Source of the DNA: Utricularia gibba
Taxonomy: Eukaryota; Plantae; Magnoliophyta
Assembly: GCA_002189035.1 (NCBI GenBank)
Contig: NEEC01000009.1
Span: forward strand, 2,914,001-2,978,000
Direction: 5' to 3'
Length of the DNA stretch: 64,000 nucleotides
Shown: positions 12,171 through 25,635 of the stretch, piece after piece
Position numbering within the stretch: position 1 is the first letter of the stretch
How the letters are laid out: every line of letters begins with the position of its first letter
The notes under the pieces: model-generated
What the model saw: the letters and a program-made list of their open reading frames with translations, nothing else
Database searches by the model: none
Told to the model about the DNA's origin: nothing
Position numbers and translations under genes: made by a program

Positions 12171-13921
12171 TTTCAGAGTCACCTACAGAGAAAACAACGA
12201 ATCAGTTTCTCACCAGCATGATGCTGAACTCATAAACAACTCCTGTAAGATTCTTGAATGACGACTGATGAAATAAATAGAGTAGAGAAGGACGTGCACA
12301 GATCAGGCTAAACAGTTCGTTGACATTTTTTGGGGTATGCAAGTATAAGTAGCACAGCGCATGCAATTGATTCTTCACTAATTCAATGAATTAATGCGCC
12401 CACTTAACTCACACCATTGTTTGGCCGGCTGCCTAATGCCTAAGGCAAAGATTCATTAATACTTAACACGGTCAACCACGAATATTAAAGTTGACTAAAT
12501 GGATATTTAAACCAATTATGTAAAACAAGTTGGGCACAAAGAATCTTCAACATGACTTACGTTGCATTTTTTCAACATATGACTTCACATTTAGTATCAT
12601 CCAAAAAAAACTAGAAAGAAAAAATTACTCGAAAGGTTAAAAAACAGTGGCATTCAACTTCTCCTCCATCCTGGATCAATAGCACTTAGGTCAATCACTC
12701 ACCTTTTAGCCTAGATATATTGGCAGCATACGAAATTGGGCGCTGCCCGAATATAGCTGTGGAGATGGATTTCGAGACATGATGTCGAGATTCGCTACCC
12801 ATTGGTTTGGACAGTTGAGTATGACGTAAAAAGTCAGCCATTTCTGCGGAGAATGCTTTGGGGCTAAGCTTACACCAGCCACCACATTTTATACGATCTC
12901 AACTGGACCTCCGCTGTCACATGCAATCATCAGCTTGTGTACATCCATTGCTTCGTCTGGAACTACCAAAATGGTCATCCAGATTTCACGTTCAAATCTA
13001 CACGAGGTTAGCACATTCATATTTTGAAGACAATTTGAGTTTTGCACAGACTGACCATAGGAACGTACACCACACAGAGAAACTGAGAAAGAAGATTGTT
13101 TCTATGTTCTGTAGAGCATAACGTGATGAATCAGACACGACGTGACATACCTTCTTTCTCTTAATGCCCATATACTTTCATGGGGGAAGAATAGGCCAGT
13201 TTCTCATGCTCAAATCGCGTAGAGAGGAGATGCAATTACCAGCAACTATCAATTGGATCCATGATCCTAAAACAAACAGATTTTGGTCAGCCTTAAACCC
13301 GTTGCTGCAATTTCAAATCTTGTCTAAAGAAAGGACTTCCCACTCCTCAATGAAGGTTTAAATCGAACATGCCAAAAATCATGATTACAGAAAGGGGAAA
13401 ATAATTAACAGCAACAATATTTCATCATCAACAACAGTTTCATTTTATTTTATTAAACCGGCATCATTATCAGCACTGAATCCAGAAGACTCCAGTTCTA
13501 AAATGAAACGACCTAAAAGAATGTGAATCACACCGACACCGCAATCAGTCTCCTACTCTAAGAATTAGAGCTTACCTATTCCGAGCCCATGACGAATAAT
13601 TGCTACATTCAACATGGGAGCCCCTTCGGTTTCCATAAGTCTCAATTGTTCTTGAATAACACCCCAGATCCAGAATCTACATAAAAAGAACCAAAACACC
13701 ATGCTTTTTCCCCAAATCATCATTGACGCCATCAATTTCAAAGCTTATAGGTCAAACATAATTCCACACACCCGATTCACAAATAACTTGCCTAATTTTG
13801 GGACAATTTGGTAGTTCACCAACAGAAACAAGAAACGGCCATTTCCTGGCTAAACAAAAAGGAACCCTTCCAGTTTCCAGTCACCAGCCGGCGTTGCCAA
13901 ATAAATTATAAGGTCCAAAAT

Positions 13922-13962
13922 GCCCATATAATGGGCTGAGCCCAAATCCATTCGGGCTCAGC
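13922..13962. promoter_or_regulatory. Site II (TGGGCY/RGCCCA)-type cluster in inverted arrangement, probable promoter of the TM9SF gene
   Basis: gcccatataatgggctgagcccaaatccattcgggctcagc holds GCCCA, TGGGCT and AGCCCA plus a 9-bp inverted repeat (gctgagccc / gggctcagc). Assignment to TM9SF is inferred from position. Confidence 0.45.
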
Positions 13963-14359
13963 AACCGAGTATGGAGGTAGCCGTTGGATCGTGCAGTTAA
14001 AAACTAATTTTACACTCATACCAAATCCATGTTGGTCAATGCATCTTACTTCTTTTAATTAAAATTCATATTAATACAAAATACATCTTAACTCAATGCA
14101 TCTTTTTTTCTTAACCAAAATTGAAATCAATATGAAATTTATCTTGTTGGTGACATAAAACAAGCATTTCAATGTCATATTTAAATTACGAATTCAATAA
14201 GTCGAACGAGTATACTTAAAATTCAAATTAGATGAGTAGATATTCTTACAAGCATGTGTACACAACTGTGGACAAATTGCAATGAAATGAGGTACAACGC
14301 ATTCGGGACAAGCCGCTAGAACAGACCGTACAATAGGTACACAGCACAGCGGGCAGTCA

Positions 14360-15691
14360 TCAGCAAGGAAGGCCTTCCCGGCAATGGAGCGCACCGGCGT
14401 CAGCGGTGATCGCCGCCACGGAGTAAGCTGGCTGAGCCTCGAGGCTCGAGGCCTTGCTGTAGCTGATGGTCGCATTGTCTCCCGAGGGAACGAAGTAGGC
14501 GCCGTTCATGAAGAGATCGCCATTTGATCTCCAGTTCCATCTCCTCCATCCCTCACTGTCACCCGGACTCAGTATCCTCTTTGTCACCTGTCGACAAGCA
14601 AAGAAAGTTCAGAGTCATCGGAGCTATGGTCTGATAAAAGGAAAAAGAAAGAGGATATCGAACCTCCTTTGTGGAAGTATTGTCTGCAGCCAGAAACCTG
14701 TTGCCCTGGCTGTAGATGGTCGGACTCGCGCTTCCTCCGATGGCGTACATTTTCCAAGACGTGTAGTCATTGTTAACTATGTGAAAGATCCCATGTCTAC
14801 ACCTTGGCATTCTCTGGGTGAGACCTTCTCCGAAACGGTTGTACGCCACGGTGACCCGCATGGCGGCGTCCCCTGCATAGGAATCGTTGTGCCCCAACAG
14901 CATCACCTCGTCGTGATGGGAGAAGTAGTTGTTGGAGATGGTGATGCCGGTGGAAGCCATGATCGCATCTATGAGGCCATCGGCGCAGCTAGAGAGCGAG
15001 TTGTGGTCGATCCAGACGTCTCTGGCGCCGGAGATCGAGATCCCGTCTCCGTCGGCGAGCCCTCTCCAGCCGTAGTGAGACGGGGAGCTTCTCACCATGG
15101 CGTTCCCCGTGGGCTTGCAGTCGTGGATGTGTATTCCGTGGATGATCACATTGCTCACGTTCTGGATGGTGATGCAGCCGCCGTTGGCGATGTGCACGTC
15201 GGCGCCTCGGCCGTCGATGGTCTTGAAGCTGTTGACGATCAGTTCTTGCTTCAGGGTGATCACCATGTCGCGCTCGAAGATGATCCACAGCGACCTTGAT
15301 TGCACGGCGGCGTGCCTGAGAGTCCCCGCCTTAGGGTTCACTGCGTCGTCGTCGCTTGGGTCTGTCACCACGTAATACTCGCCATCCCTACCCCCGACGG
15401 CGCTCCGGCCGAACCCGATAGCGCAGTCAGCCAGACGGCGACGATTGTTGCTCCAGTCCGGGTCGCACCGCCAGCAGTCGTCGATCTGGTTTCCCGTGCC
15501 ACCGCAGGAGAAGAAGCTCAGACTTCGTCTCTCGGCACCCCTTCTGCCAAGATAAACTCTTGTTAATATACACTTCCAGAAACCAAACCACAAATTCAAC
15601 CCCACAAGAAAACTTACCGGGGTTCGACCGGTGCCACCAGAACCCCCGTGAGCAAGATTGCATGAAGAACGGCGGCGAGTCTAGTAGACAT
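14360..15691 (-). CDS. Pectate lyase (PL1 family), 3 exons, secreted
   Basis: Signal-peptide exon [25 protein letters not shown] from ATG 15691, then [72 protein letters not shown]. Last exon EVTKR...[16 protein letters not shown]...LPC*. Confidence 0.96.
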
Positions 15692-15750
15692 GGTTGTGGG
15701 TCGTCTCCGATTCTCAACTTCTTTGAATGTGCAGAGGAATAAGGTCTCCC

Positions 15751-15757
15751 TTTTATA
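15751..15757 (-). promoter_or_regulatory. Probable TATA box of the pectate lyase gene
   Basis: Minus strand reads CTCTATAAAAG about 60 nt upstream of ATG 15691. Confidence 0.55.
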
Positions 15758-16266
15758 GAGGAAGAGGGTACAGTGTGTGGGATTTGGCCAACTCGGTTGG
15801 ACTTGGAAATACCGTTATATTCGCTCTTGTTTTCAGTCTCCTCAACATTTTCAACCTAAATTGGGGCTACTTTCAACTCCTTTCTTTCCATTTTCCTAAA
15901 ACTTAGAACTTTCAATGACTTCCAACCAAATACACAATCTAATATGATTCCAATTTCGATAGCGTCATCATAAATTTTTACACAAGAAATGTTACAGAAA
16001 AAATTAAAATAAGCATAAAGATCTTAGTATATGGTATTTTGTATTATTTAAGATGCGAATTGGAGTCAGAAGTCCAAGTTGCGGCATGCCAAGCAGTTAG
16101 CTTAGCCTCCACTAAGGCAATGATCTCCAAGAAGGTCAGCAGGCCCTGTGGGTTATCAGCAGAGAAACAGGAATGGGGCTCCATAAAGAATTCATTGGAA
16201 AGGAGGAGCATATGGTGAGTATTGGAGATTTCAAATGGAATACAGAAAGAACACATGGGATACAGT

Positions 16267-17986
16267 TTACTTGGGTTCATCATCCGCCCCGACTGCCTTC
16301 AACAGCTTTTCGATGATGGCCTTCAAGGCCGCTGCTGCTGGCCGGAACTCAGCATCATCAAGGAAAGATCTTCCTTCTTCTGCGGCTTTGCAGAGCCGGG
16401 GATCCAATGGGACTTTCCCGAGGAACTCAATGCCCATGTCTAGGCACATCTTAGCCCCACCCCCACCGCTACTGTCGAATACCTCTTTGAAAGCCATCAA
16501 ACTCAACACCTCAGGAACCTTCTCCCTCAGACGCTCCATAACCCATGGGGTCATGTCCGTCTCCTCACCTGAATCTGTGAATCTCAAGAACCTGAGTTCT
16601 GGGATTGGTTGGTACAAGCCACTCATATTCTCGACCACTCCAAGAATCTTCACCCCCACCTTGTTGCAGAAGCTAACTTCTTTTCTCACGTCTATTAGGG
16701 ACACTTGTTGTGGGGTTGTGACGATTATAGCCCCATCGCTTCCAGTAGCTTGGAGGAGTTGGACGATTGTAATGTGCTCGTCTGATGTTCCGGGGGAGCA
16801 TCGATGATGAGAAAGTCGAGCTCACCCCAGTACACGTCCTTCAGGAACTGTTTGATCATTGCAGTTTTCCGGGGTCCTCTCCATATGACAGCTTCATCTG
16901 GATGAGGAAGCATGAAACCGATAGACATCACACCAATGGAACCACTGTTGGACTCTGTGTAGACAGGAGACCATCCAAGGCCACTCCGATAAATATCCTG
17001 CCCTTCGAGACCAAGCATTTTGGGGATGCTTGGGCCGCATATATCAATATCCAGAAGGCCAACCTGGAAATCCATAGCCGCTAGTGCAAATGAAAGTTGA
17101 GCTGCAAATGTACTCTTGCCAACACCACCCTTTCCAGATAACACAAGTATTTTGTGTTTCACAGTTGACATTCTTTCAACAATAGAGACCAGATCTGTTA
17201 GGAAAATCAAATGATTATAAGATCAATGCAATATGGATGTAGCCCAAGACATAATTAAAATGTCTTGCTGAACCATTAAAATGTAACTGGAATACAAGGT
17301 TTCTTGGTAAAACAGAAAACTAAGGAGAATTTGACACCAAATTATCAAAATCCTATAATTTCCAGGTTTATTGCCATTTGGACCTCCCCTAATACCAGAA
17401 ACATGCACTAATTCGTATCATGCAATTCACATCTCCTTTTTTACTATACCCCATTTTAAGGTAAACCCAACCCTGAGAATGGAAAAAAGTTCTATTATTT
17501 TGATGCAGGATTCAAATGATCAAAGATTCAAAGCTCCTCTCTCGACACTCAAAATCAGGATTCGAAAATCGTCACAAAATGAAGGATACAGGATTGACAA
17601 AATTAAATCTTATTAGTTCAAGCTTAAATATGGAACATCTTCATCAAGCAAATAAATAGTTCAGAGATGGTTATAACAGTTTAAGATGACAATATCATTA
17701 ATTTTCACAGCCATAAACAACAGAAAATTTGGCGGAGGAGAAAAAAGACGCAGAACAAACCAGGATCAGGCCCTTTAGGAGCAGTAGAACAAGCCTCCTG
17801 ATTGGGGCATCCTGCACAAGCATCTGATTTTCCAGCAGATTCAGATTGTGGTCCAGGGCAGTCTGAGAAAAAAAAAACCCAACTTAAACAACACAAAACA
17901 CAGCGACAAGCCGGCCAATAGTAAAAATAATAAAACAACATACGTTCATTCGCGTTATCCGGTATCTCGTAGTCTTTATTTCCCAT
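16267..17986 (-). CDS. NBP35: Cytosolic Fe-S cluster assembly factor NBP35; apparent 1-nt frameshift at 16792-16796
   Basis: [39 protein letters not shown] (N-terminal Cys cluster), [15 protein letters not shown] (Walker A), [23 protein letters not shown], then in a second frame [11 protein letters not shown]...[22 protein letters not shown]...ENMSG. Confidence 0.95.
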
Positions 17987-18326
17987 CTTCGCTTGTGCTA
18001 CAGACATTGGAAAGAAGGCTTTTTTCTGGACCCTCTACCTCTTTCTTCTGCAACAGCAAAAGATGAAAATTTCAGCGATGTCCGAGCCTAAAAATAAAGA
18101 AACCCTTTTTCGCTTAGCAGACGAGGAGAACGACTTAACATATTACGGTAAATGACTTTGGAAGTTTAATTTCTAGCAAAATCATTCACAAAAACGAATG
18201 AGGGCACACCCACCTGCGAAACCTTCGGAAAAAACAGATTCTCGAGGAGACGAAGCCGTTGCGGGATACCGAGGCGATGATCCTTCGATGTGATCAACAC
18301 GAGGGGATGAAGATGGATTTAGTAAG

Positions 18327-18404
18327 TGGGCTTTACCTAGGGTTTTATTACCAGAAGCCCGCTTTCAAAACCGGGTCGGGTTTGAATTTTTATTTAGTAG
18401 CCCA
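18327..18404. promoter_or_regulatory. Site II motifs plus telo-box upstream of NBP35
   Basis: TGGGCT (18327), TAGGGTTT = telo-box AAACCCTA (18338-18345) and AGCCCA (18399). This combination is typical of plant housekeeping-gene promoters. Confidence 0.5.
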
Positions 18405-18659
18405 TTTTAGGAACAATTCAATTTAATATTTTTTTTAAAAAACTGAAATTTTAAATAATTATTTTTTGGAATATATTTATAATAAATTTACAACTTATTT
18501 AAAAAAATTCATTACCTTAATTGTTGTAATTGGGAAAATACTTGAGTGCATCCATACTTCTAGTGGAAAAGGAAAAAGTTCTGGAACCATCCAACAAATA
18601 CAAAACTCCCTCCAAGTAAAACAGAAGCAGCAGCAGCAGCAGTCACTGTGCATGAACTC

Positions 18660-20426
18660 TCATGAGGCTGCTGCAGCCTCTAGCATCTTCTCATACTCTT
18701 CAATAGACTTGAAGAGTTCAGAGAAGTTCCCCTTCCCAAATCCTCCACACCCACCCTTCTGATAAACATTGCCTCCCTCATCTTTCATCAGGCACCCTAC
18801 TCTCTGAATAATCTCTATGAACAGCGTTGGCCTGCAAAATGAAGAAGATGATGATGATGGAGTTGCCATGAAGTGCAGACATGGCTTTTGCATATGCTTT
18901 ATGCAAGTTTTGGGAGAAAGAGCAGAAGAAGTAATAATCACTGAACATGATGATGGCTGTCTGTAACAAAACAATGGACACTACCGCAGGAAGCTGTAAA
19001 AGCAAGAACTACTCTCCTTGTCCTAGGTGTGAAGAAATGATGATCATCATCATGAATAAGCAACACTCTGATGTAAAAAATCAAGTTCTGAAGCAGCGCT
19101 CTCCTGTATGGAATTATAAACAACTGCCGCTGAAACATACCTGTCACCAACAGGCTTGGTGAAAATTTGAAGTAATGTTCCCTGGTCATCTCTGTCTACC
19201 AGGATTCCCAACTTCCTGCATTCTTCTATCTGTGTGTCATTTAGAACATCCCCGGCTCTAGCTTTCAAATTGTTGTAGTAAGTAGGCGGAGGAGAAGGCA
19301 TGAACTCAAACCCCCAAACTGCATTCTTCCTCATCTCCCTCAGGGTGGTGAAAATGTCTTCACTTGCCAATGCCAGATGCTGTACTCCAGGCCCTTCATT
19401 GTGCTCTAGATAAGTCTGTATTTGGCTCTTCCTCTTCGTCCCCAGAACTGGCTCATTCATAGGCAACAACACATTCTCCTCATTATTGGCAAGAACAATG
19501 GAGTTTAACCCACTCTCCAAAGTTCCAACGTCTTCAGCAGTGAATTCTGCAAACTCATGAAACCCTGTGAACTTCTTCACGTAATCAACTGCGGATCCAA
19601 GTTGATGTACATTTCCTACGGCATGATCAAGCCTCCTCAGACCGAAGTCCAGTTTGGACAATGGACTTTCACTGTTGATCGGCTCAAAACCAGGCAAGAA
19701 ACCATCATTGGAAGCTTGTGCGTCATCAGCATAGCTTACAAAACGCAATACAGAATCCCCATATAAATGCACTTCAGCAATTGTTGTTTTATTGTCGGAC
19801 AAAAGAATCGGGGAAGCTACCGGTATAGCGCCATGGGAAACAGACTCGGAGAAGGCGGAGTGAGCGGAATCGACCAGAATAGCTATCGCCCGAACGCCGA
19901 GGCCATGGGAGGAAGTGAAGGAGCGGTGGGCAGAGACAGAAAAGGTTGGAATTGAAGCCGAGGAGGAAGCCGCGAGGGTGGAGGAGTAGGGAGCAGTAAA
20001 CAGGAAATGAAGTTGACCGGAGCGTAGCAAATAGGAGGCATGGACGGAGTTTCCTGTGGAAAGATCGGATTTTAGGACGAGGGGCATTCCTAGGCCCAGG
20101 GAAAATCGGCGAGCAACATTGGTGGCGTCGCTGCACCAAAATTCAACGTGATGGAAGCCAAGGACACGAAAAAGATCGGTCTTGGGGTTTGGTCGTGTGA
20201 AATTGGAGAAACCTAGCAGCGCCGGCTCCGATTGAATAGAGGGCGGCTGTTCCGATTGAATAGAGGATTCATCCATTTTTATCGGGGAGTAGGAGCAGCA
20301 GCGGAAGGAAGTCTTGGTCGAACGTGTAAGCTTGGTGCGGCGACATCGGTAACCTAACGGCGACAAACATGGGGAGGAAGCGGAGTGATGCAGGTGCAGC
20401 AGAGGGTTAACGGAGGTAAGCAACAT
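18660..20426 (-). CDS. HPPD: 4-hydroxyphenylpyruvate dioxygenase, 2 exons, with N-terminal extension
   Basis: GFSNFTRPNPKTD, FHHVEFWCSDATNVARRF, LDHAVGNV, SGLNS, GPGVQHLAL, DRDDQGTLLQIFTKPVGDR / PTLFIEIIQRVGC...GGCGGFGKGNFSELFKSIEEYEK. Intron 18832-19140 is GT-AG. The Fe-binding His, His and Glu residues are present. Confidence 0.98.
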
Positions 20427-21139
20427 GAATCTGGTTTCTTCGAGTGAACACGATATTCAGAGCTATCCAGTTGCAGATGAAGCTGAATCAACCTTGCACA
20501 CAAAATATTCTGCAATGGAGCAACAACACAAGAAAACCACAGAACAGCTGCTTGATAAACCCTTCCGTCCGGATTCCTCTCCTCCTCTATTCCTTCACCG
20601 CCGTGTGAAGCTTCCCTACCCAAAAAAACCCCTTTTTCACTGAGCAGAGGTGAATGAACCAAACTGCAGAACGTGATCCAAAAATTCAATCTTCTACCAA
20701 AACCAGTTACTAAAACGATGGGGTCAAAGGGATGCGGAGGAAAACTGACGGCGACAACAGTTTCTGGGAAATATTCTATTTCATCATCTTTCTTTACGTG
20801 GCGGCTTGGATATGGAGATGGTGGTGATCTAATCCATTGCAACTAGAAACTCATCTCTGAACCGTAAACCGTAGAGAGCTGAACCTCATTTACTGTAGAA
20901 AAATTAATCACCATCCAGAATACGACTATATGCATCTGAGACTAGCTCATCTAGCTGAAACTGGATTGGGGCTGCTGACGAAAAAGGAACTAAGGACTGT
21001 AAGGAGACGTGCTCAGAAACTGTGGGTGTGATAATCAAACCATACAATATAACATCCCGAAAAGAAAAAAAGAAAAAGAAAAACGCATGTACATCAACCA
21101 CACGAAGATGGGATGGGATGCTGCATCCTATAAACAGCT

Positions 21140-24100
21140 CTACGAGTCTCTGAAAATTGGTTGATGAGTCCATTTGAGATGCAGGTTCAGTTTTCCAGAT
21201 TTGGCACCATCCACAGCCAGTGAATCTTTGTATTCCCCTTCCATCAACACCCTCGTCAAAGTTAAGATGCATCTTCCCATTAAATCCTGCAAGGTTAACA
21301 CTTCATCAAGTCGAAAAAAAAAAACCTCAATAGATCACTTGCCCCATACTTCGAACATATAAAGATCCTACCTTTCCGAATGTGTCATGATCCCATATTT
21401 CTAGAATCAGCATGTCGTGCAGTCCATCTTCGACTAAAAAATCAAATGTCTGATTCCAGACAGGATTCAAACTGTCATTGACAACCTATAAGAGAGAACA
21501 TGTGATAGAGTTATGAGCAGCCCCTGCTAGCTTGCGAACTATCACTGAATATCCAGACATGTAGGGAAAAAAAACAGCAAGCAAAGCATACTCTAGTCTT
21601 GTTTTTTGCTCCACACTTCTTTAAAGAGAGCACAACGAAAGGGTCGGCCTTCCCCATCAGATCTGCTGGTGGCAACTCTTCAGCAGATATGATTGTAACA
21701 GAAAGTACGCCTCTTACAATGATGTCTCTTTTCTTTGGCCCATCACTTTCAATGGCACCGTTCCCGTTTGCCCCGGTTTTAAAGACCTTCTCCAGTGAGG
21801 TCATGGAATAGTTCTGGGAGAATGGATTGACGAACCCGTTTTGCTTACCACTGGGGACGTAAAGAAGTTCCAAATGCACCTAGAATAGGTAGATAGAAAA
21901 GCTTAACTAGCCATATCGAAAGTGCAAATCTTGAGAAACTTTTTCTTTTTGCCACCCAAAGGGAATACTTGTATGGTGGGCTTAAGACCATTTCTAGAAA
22001 ACCAAAAGAAAGTAGAAAGCTCACTTACCTCTCCCCTATTTTTAGTGTCTCTCTGAATCTCCAAGTCCTTCACCAATTTTAACCATACATCCTTCACCTT
22101 TCCTGGTTCTAGCTCTGAAAGCTGAAATTGAGCGCATCCTATCAGCTCAGACGCTTGAATTCCTTCATCATCATAGATTTTCACAAATAGATGCTGTGTT
22201 GAGACATCTTCAATTACAAACTCAAAATGTTCATTCCAGATAGGATTCAGCTGGTTGTTCTGGGTACAAAAGGGGAAGAAGGTAAATCAAGTTGTCTTAA
22301 AGAAAACAGAAAGCTCGTGCGAAAAGAAGGTGAACATTACAATCGTTTTGCTTTGCTTCATTCTGTCTCGCAATGGCCGAACATACAAAACTGCATATGG
22401 ATCAGACTTCCCAATAAGATCTTTATTTGTCAACTCTTTAGCTTGCACAAGTTTCACTTCCAAAGTTCCTACGGGCTTCAGTTCAAGATCACTGATAACA
22501 AGAAATAGGGAATGAGAGGAAAACAAATGGTCACATCAAATGGGCTTAGGATTTTCTATCACCTTCTTTATGAGGGGACTTCTTCTTAACATTACAATGG
22601 TAAACAAGTGGAATAAGATGAATATTGTTACACATCAATACCTATAATCTCCAGGCAATATGGGAATGATTTTGCGAACTGGCCATGTTATAGAGTCTTC
22701 AACAGCATCCCTTATAGTGCTCTGTAGATCATGAAAAGTTCCCAGCAGAAAGCATAAATTTTAAGGAAACAATATGAGCGGAGCTGTCAGAATATGAATT
22801 CATATAAAGTTCACGAGCAAATGCACAGTACCTCAATGGCATCGGAAAGACCAGGTACAGAAGAAATGTCTCCACCAACGACCTTGAGAGTAAAATCTAG
22901 TTTTTTCTGAATAGGAAATACAGAAATTTAGGTACATGCTTGGCAGTTGACAGAAGCACAAGGGGGACAAACTTGTGAACAAAAGCAACAGCAGATACTC
23001 GACTTTTTTCAAGCATTCTAATCGATTTCTAACCTTGTTTTGTCCAAGGACATACATTTTGGATAAAAAAATGAAGAAATTCTAAATGATGGGCAAAGTG
23101 AAGTGTCTGAAAATACTGTACTTTGTGACGCAGTGAAAAGCAAACAGCACCGAAGCAAGGGAACTCTGCAACAAGTGGTCTGAAAATCAACCTGAAGACA
23201 CCAGTAAATCCAATATTTTTCACCTGCATCAAAGATGAAATTATTAACCCTTCACTCTCTTGGTTACTGATGAATCATAAGGCAGATGGTAACAGATTTT
23301 ATTTTCGGTTCCACTCCAACAAACTTAGTACACTTATCCAACTGACAGTTGTTGGTAAGGTTCTTATGCATAATGAAAACAAATATCGGAAAGAATACAT
23401 CAAATGCAAGTAACTCACTGCAGAGAATGAAGTAAAAAGAAACGATTTACCTGCACTGGAAGAGAAACACCAAGATAAGTCTTGATGTCCAGAATTATAC
23501 TGGGGTTCCCATCCCACTGCATTTCCAATTCCATCGTGATTCCTTCTTTACCATCATCAATAATTGAAACCCCTAGAGAACATAGTGACATACATATTCA
23601 TGAGTATCCTGTAAACTATATTTTATTCACCTATCGCTTATGAGTTTGAAGTAACTAAATTTTTTTAGTCAGCACAACAATAACACCTCATATCAATATG
23701 GCCCATAAAAACAAACTTTGCAACCTTCTTCATAATGAAAGGTATAAAAAAACAGAACCTGTGAATTGGGGGGCCACAGTGCCGAGAGTGAGCTTGGAGA
23801 AAGACAGAGAAGCCAAAATGACAGGCCTATACTGCTCCAAAATTGGTTCTACACTTGCCTTTATCAACTCAGAAGCAGCCTTTACCAATCAAAAAACACA
23901 AAATTGATGCAACAACTTATGATCAATAAAATCTAGAGAAAAGGGGACACAAAACCACACGTCGTTCACGAAAGGCCAGATCTTCTCCAGTTGAACATTA
24001 AGCCAAGCCAACTGAAATAAGTCAACACCCGCAACTAATCAGCCCTCGCATTTCAAAACAAGAATCTGTATACGAAAGATACAAAACCACCGATCATAGA

Positions 24101-24394
24101 GACCTTTTGCCTCTGTGAAAACACCACCCAAGGGGGATAATACTCCGGGGAGAGCAATTTCCTTGAATCCTCCACCGTCATCCTAGCTAGAGCCGCAACA
24201 GTCGCAGCCTTTGGCAAAATGTTAAAAAAAAAAAATCAACCCCTCTTACCCATAAACCATATCATGAAAATACAGTAAATCAAACTCACCAGGTCAGTGC
24301 GTTTCTTGGATCGGGCATTCTCAGAGCGCACGAACAGAACAATCAGTGCAAGACCCACAATCAGTCCGAGTACTAAACCCACGACAAAACCCAT
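21140..24394 (-). CDS. SYT5: Synaptotagmin-4/5-like ER-plasma membrane tether (TM, SMP, two C2 domains), about 12 exons
   Basis: MGFVVGLVLGLIVGLALIVLFVRSENARSKKRTDL, LAWLNVQLEKIWPFVN, LTLGTVAPQFTG, VKNIGFTGVFRLIFRPLV, LELKPVGTLEVKLVQAKELTNKDLIGKSDPYA, RGVLSVTIISAEELPPADLMGKADPFV; ends ...GAKSGKLNLHLKWTHQPIFRDS* at 21140. SYT4 versus SYT5 cannot be settled by eye. Confidence 0.9.
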
Positions 24395-25635
24395 TTCGCG
24401 GTTCAGTTTCCAAGAAATTCAGAGTTTTTGCAGATAGGCAGGTAACCCCAGATCAGCACACCAGTACACACTAAAGCAGAAACTACTGCAGGAGGCGAAT
24501 AACGTGGGTGGTGACGAAATCCGATACCGATGGCACGGAGTTCAGCGGGTCAAGTAGTGAAATGAATGCCAAAGAGGCAGGGACCGGAGAAGCCGCGACC
24601 GCTGTAATTATGATTCAACCCCACGCCACTAACAGTAAAAGTTTGTCAACCAAAGGTCTCCAAAATCTCCCCCCAACTCCACACCGAATACACCACCTCC
24701 CATTTCTCACCAAGCTTTTAAAAGCGCGCTCCGGCCCGTCGTCAAGTGGACCTCCCCAAGCTTCACTCCCCAAATCTAACCATTCTCTTTCATGTCTTCC
24801 AACCGACATCCCTCCGAAAAATGCTTGGCAATAATATTATATTCATTTAGTTTTTGAATTGCGAATTAAATTTAAAAATAAATCTATTCGTAATTTATGT
24901 GTGTATTCATTCTTACCACATTTGGGTAAACCTAGTTTGTTAAGGATCCATACAAAAGAAGAAACAAACCATCACCCCCACGTGATGATTAGCAAATGGA
25001 GAGGAACTTATTTGAAACACGTTAGTTTTAGAAATAGTTTTATTCTAAAAAATAAAATTATTAATTTTAATAAATCGTATAAATTCGATTTATAATTTAT
25101 CAGAATCTATTCAAAAAAATTGTTTTTCTGCTATAGGAGCACGATCACACCTGTTATTTATTATCCCGAATATTTAATAAACGACGCGACACACGCGTCG
25201 CGGAGTTGTCTGCCGACACTGCATCCGTGTCGCCAAAAAAAATAAAAAATTTAATTGTCGCATAACGATTGGAAGTAATCCATTTTTGACATGAAAGGAT
25301 ATTGTAATTAAAATAATTAGACTAGATTATCCGATCTTTTTATTTTATTTTTAGTAGACTGTGATATAGTATTTATGTAACCTAAATACCGGATATTTAT
25401 AATCTACCAATTAGTGGATAAAGTGTGATTTTTTCTTACTGATCATATTCTTATAGATTTTCGTGTTTGTTTGAAGATTTAATCTTTATTAAATTAATAT
25501 ATAATAATAATAAAATAATTTAGGAAAAATAGGTTTTTTACCAATTCCTGTATTGAGAAATCGATTTGTAGCGGACATAAACCATGGAAATTAATAAATA
25601 ATAAATGTGGGGGTAGGGCCCACGTAACTATGTTA

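Noticed and set aside
14508-15299. 263-aa plus-strand ORF
   Set aside because: Antisense shadow of the GC-rich pectate lyase exon, with no recognisable domain.
16235-16807. 190-aa plus-strand ORF
   Set aside because: Antisense to the last NBP35 exon, with no independent support.
19037-19091. TGATGA...CTGA suggesting a C/D snoRNA in the HPPD intron
   Set aside because: On the strand opposite the host gene, too short, and explained by an (ATG)n/(ATC)n microsatellite junction.
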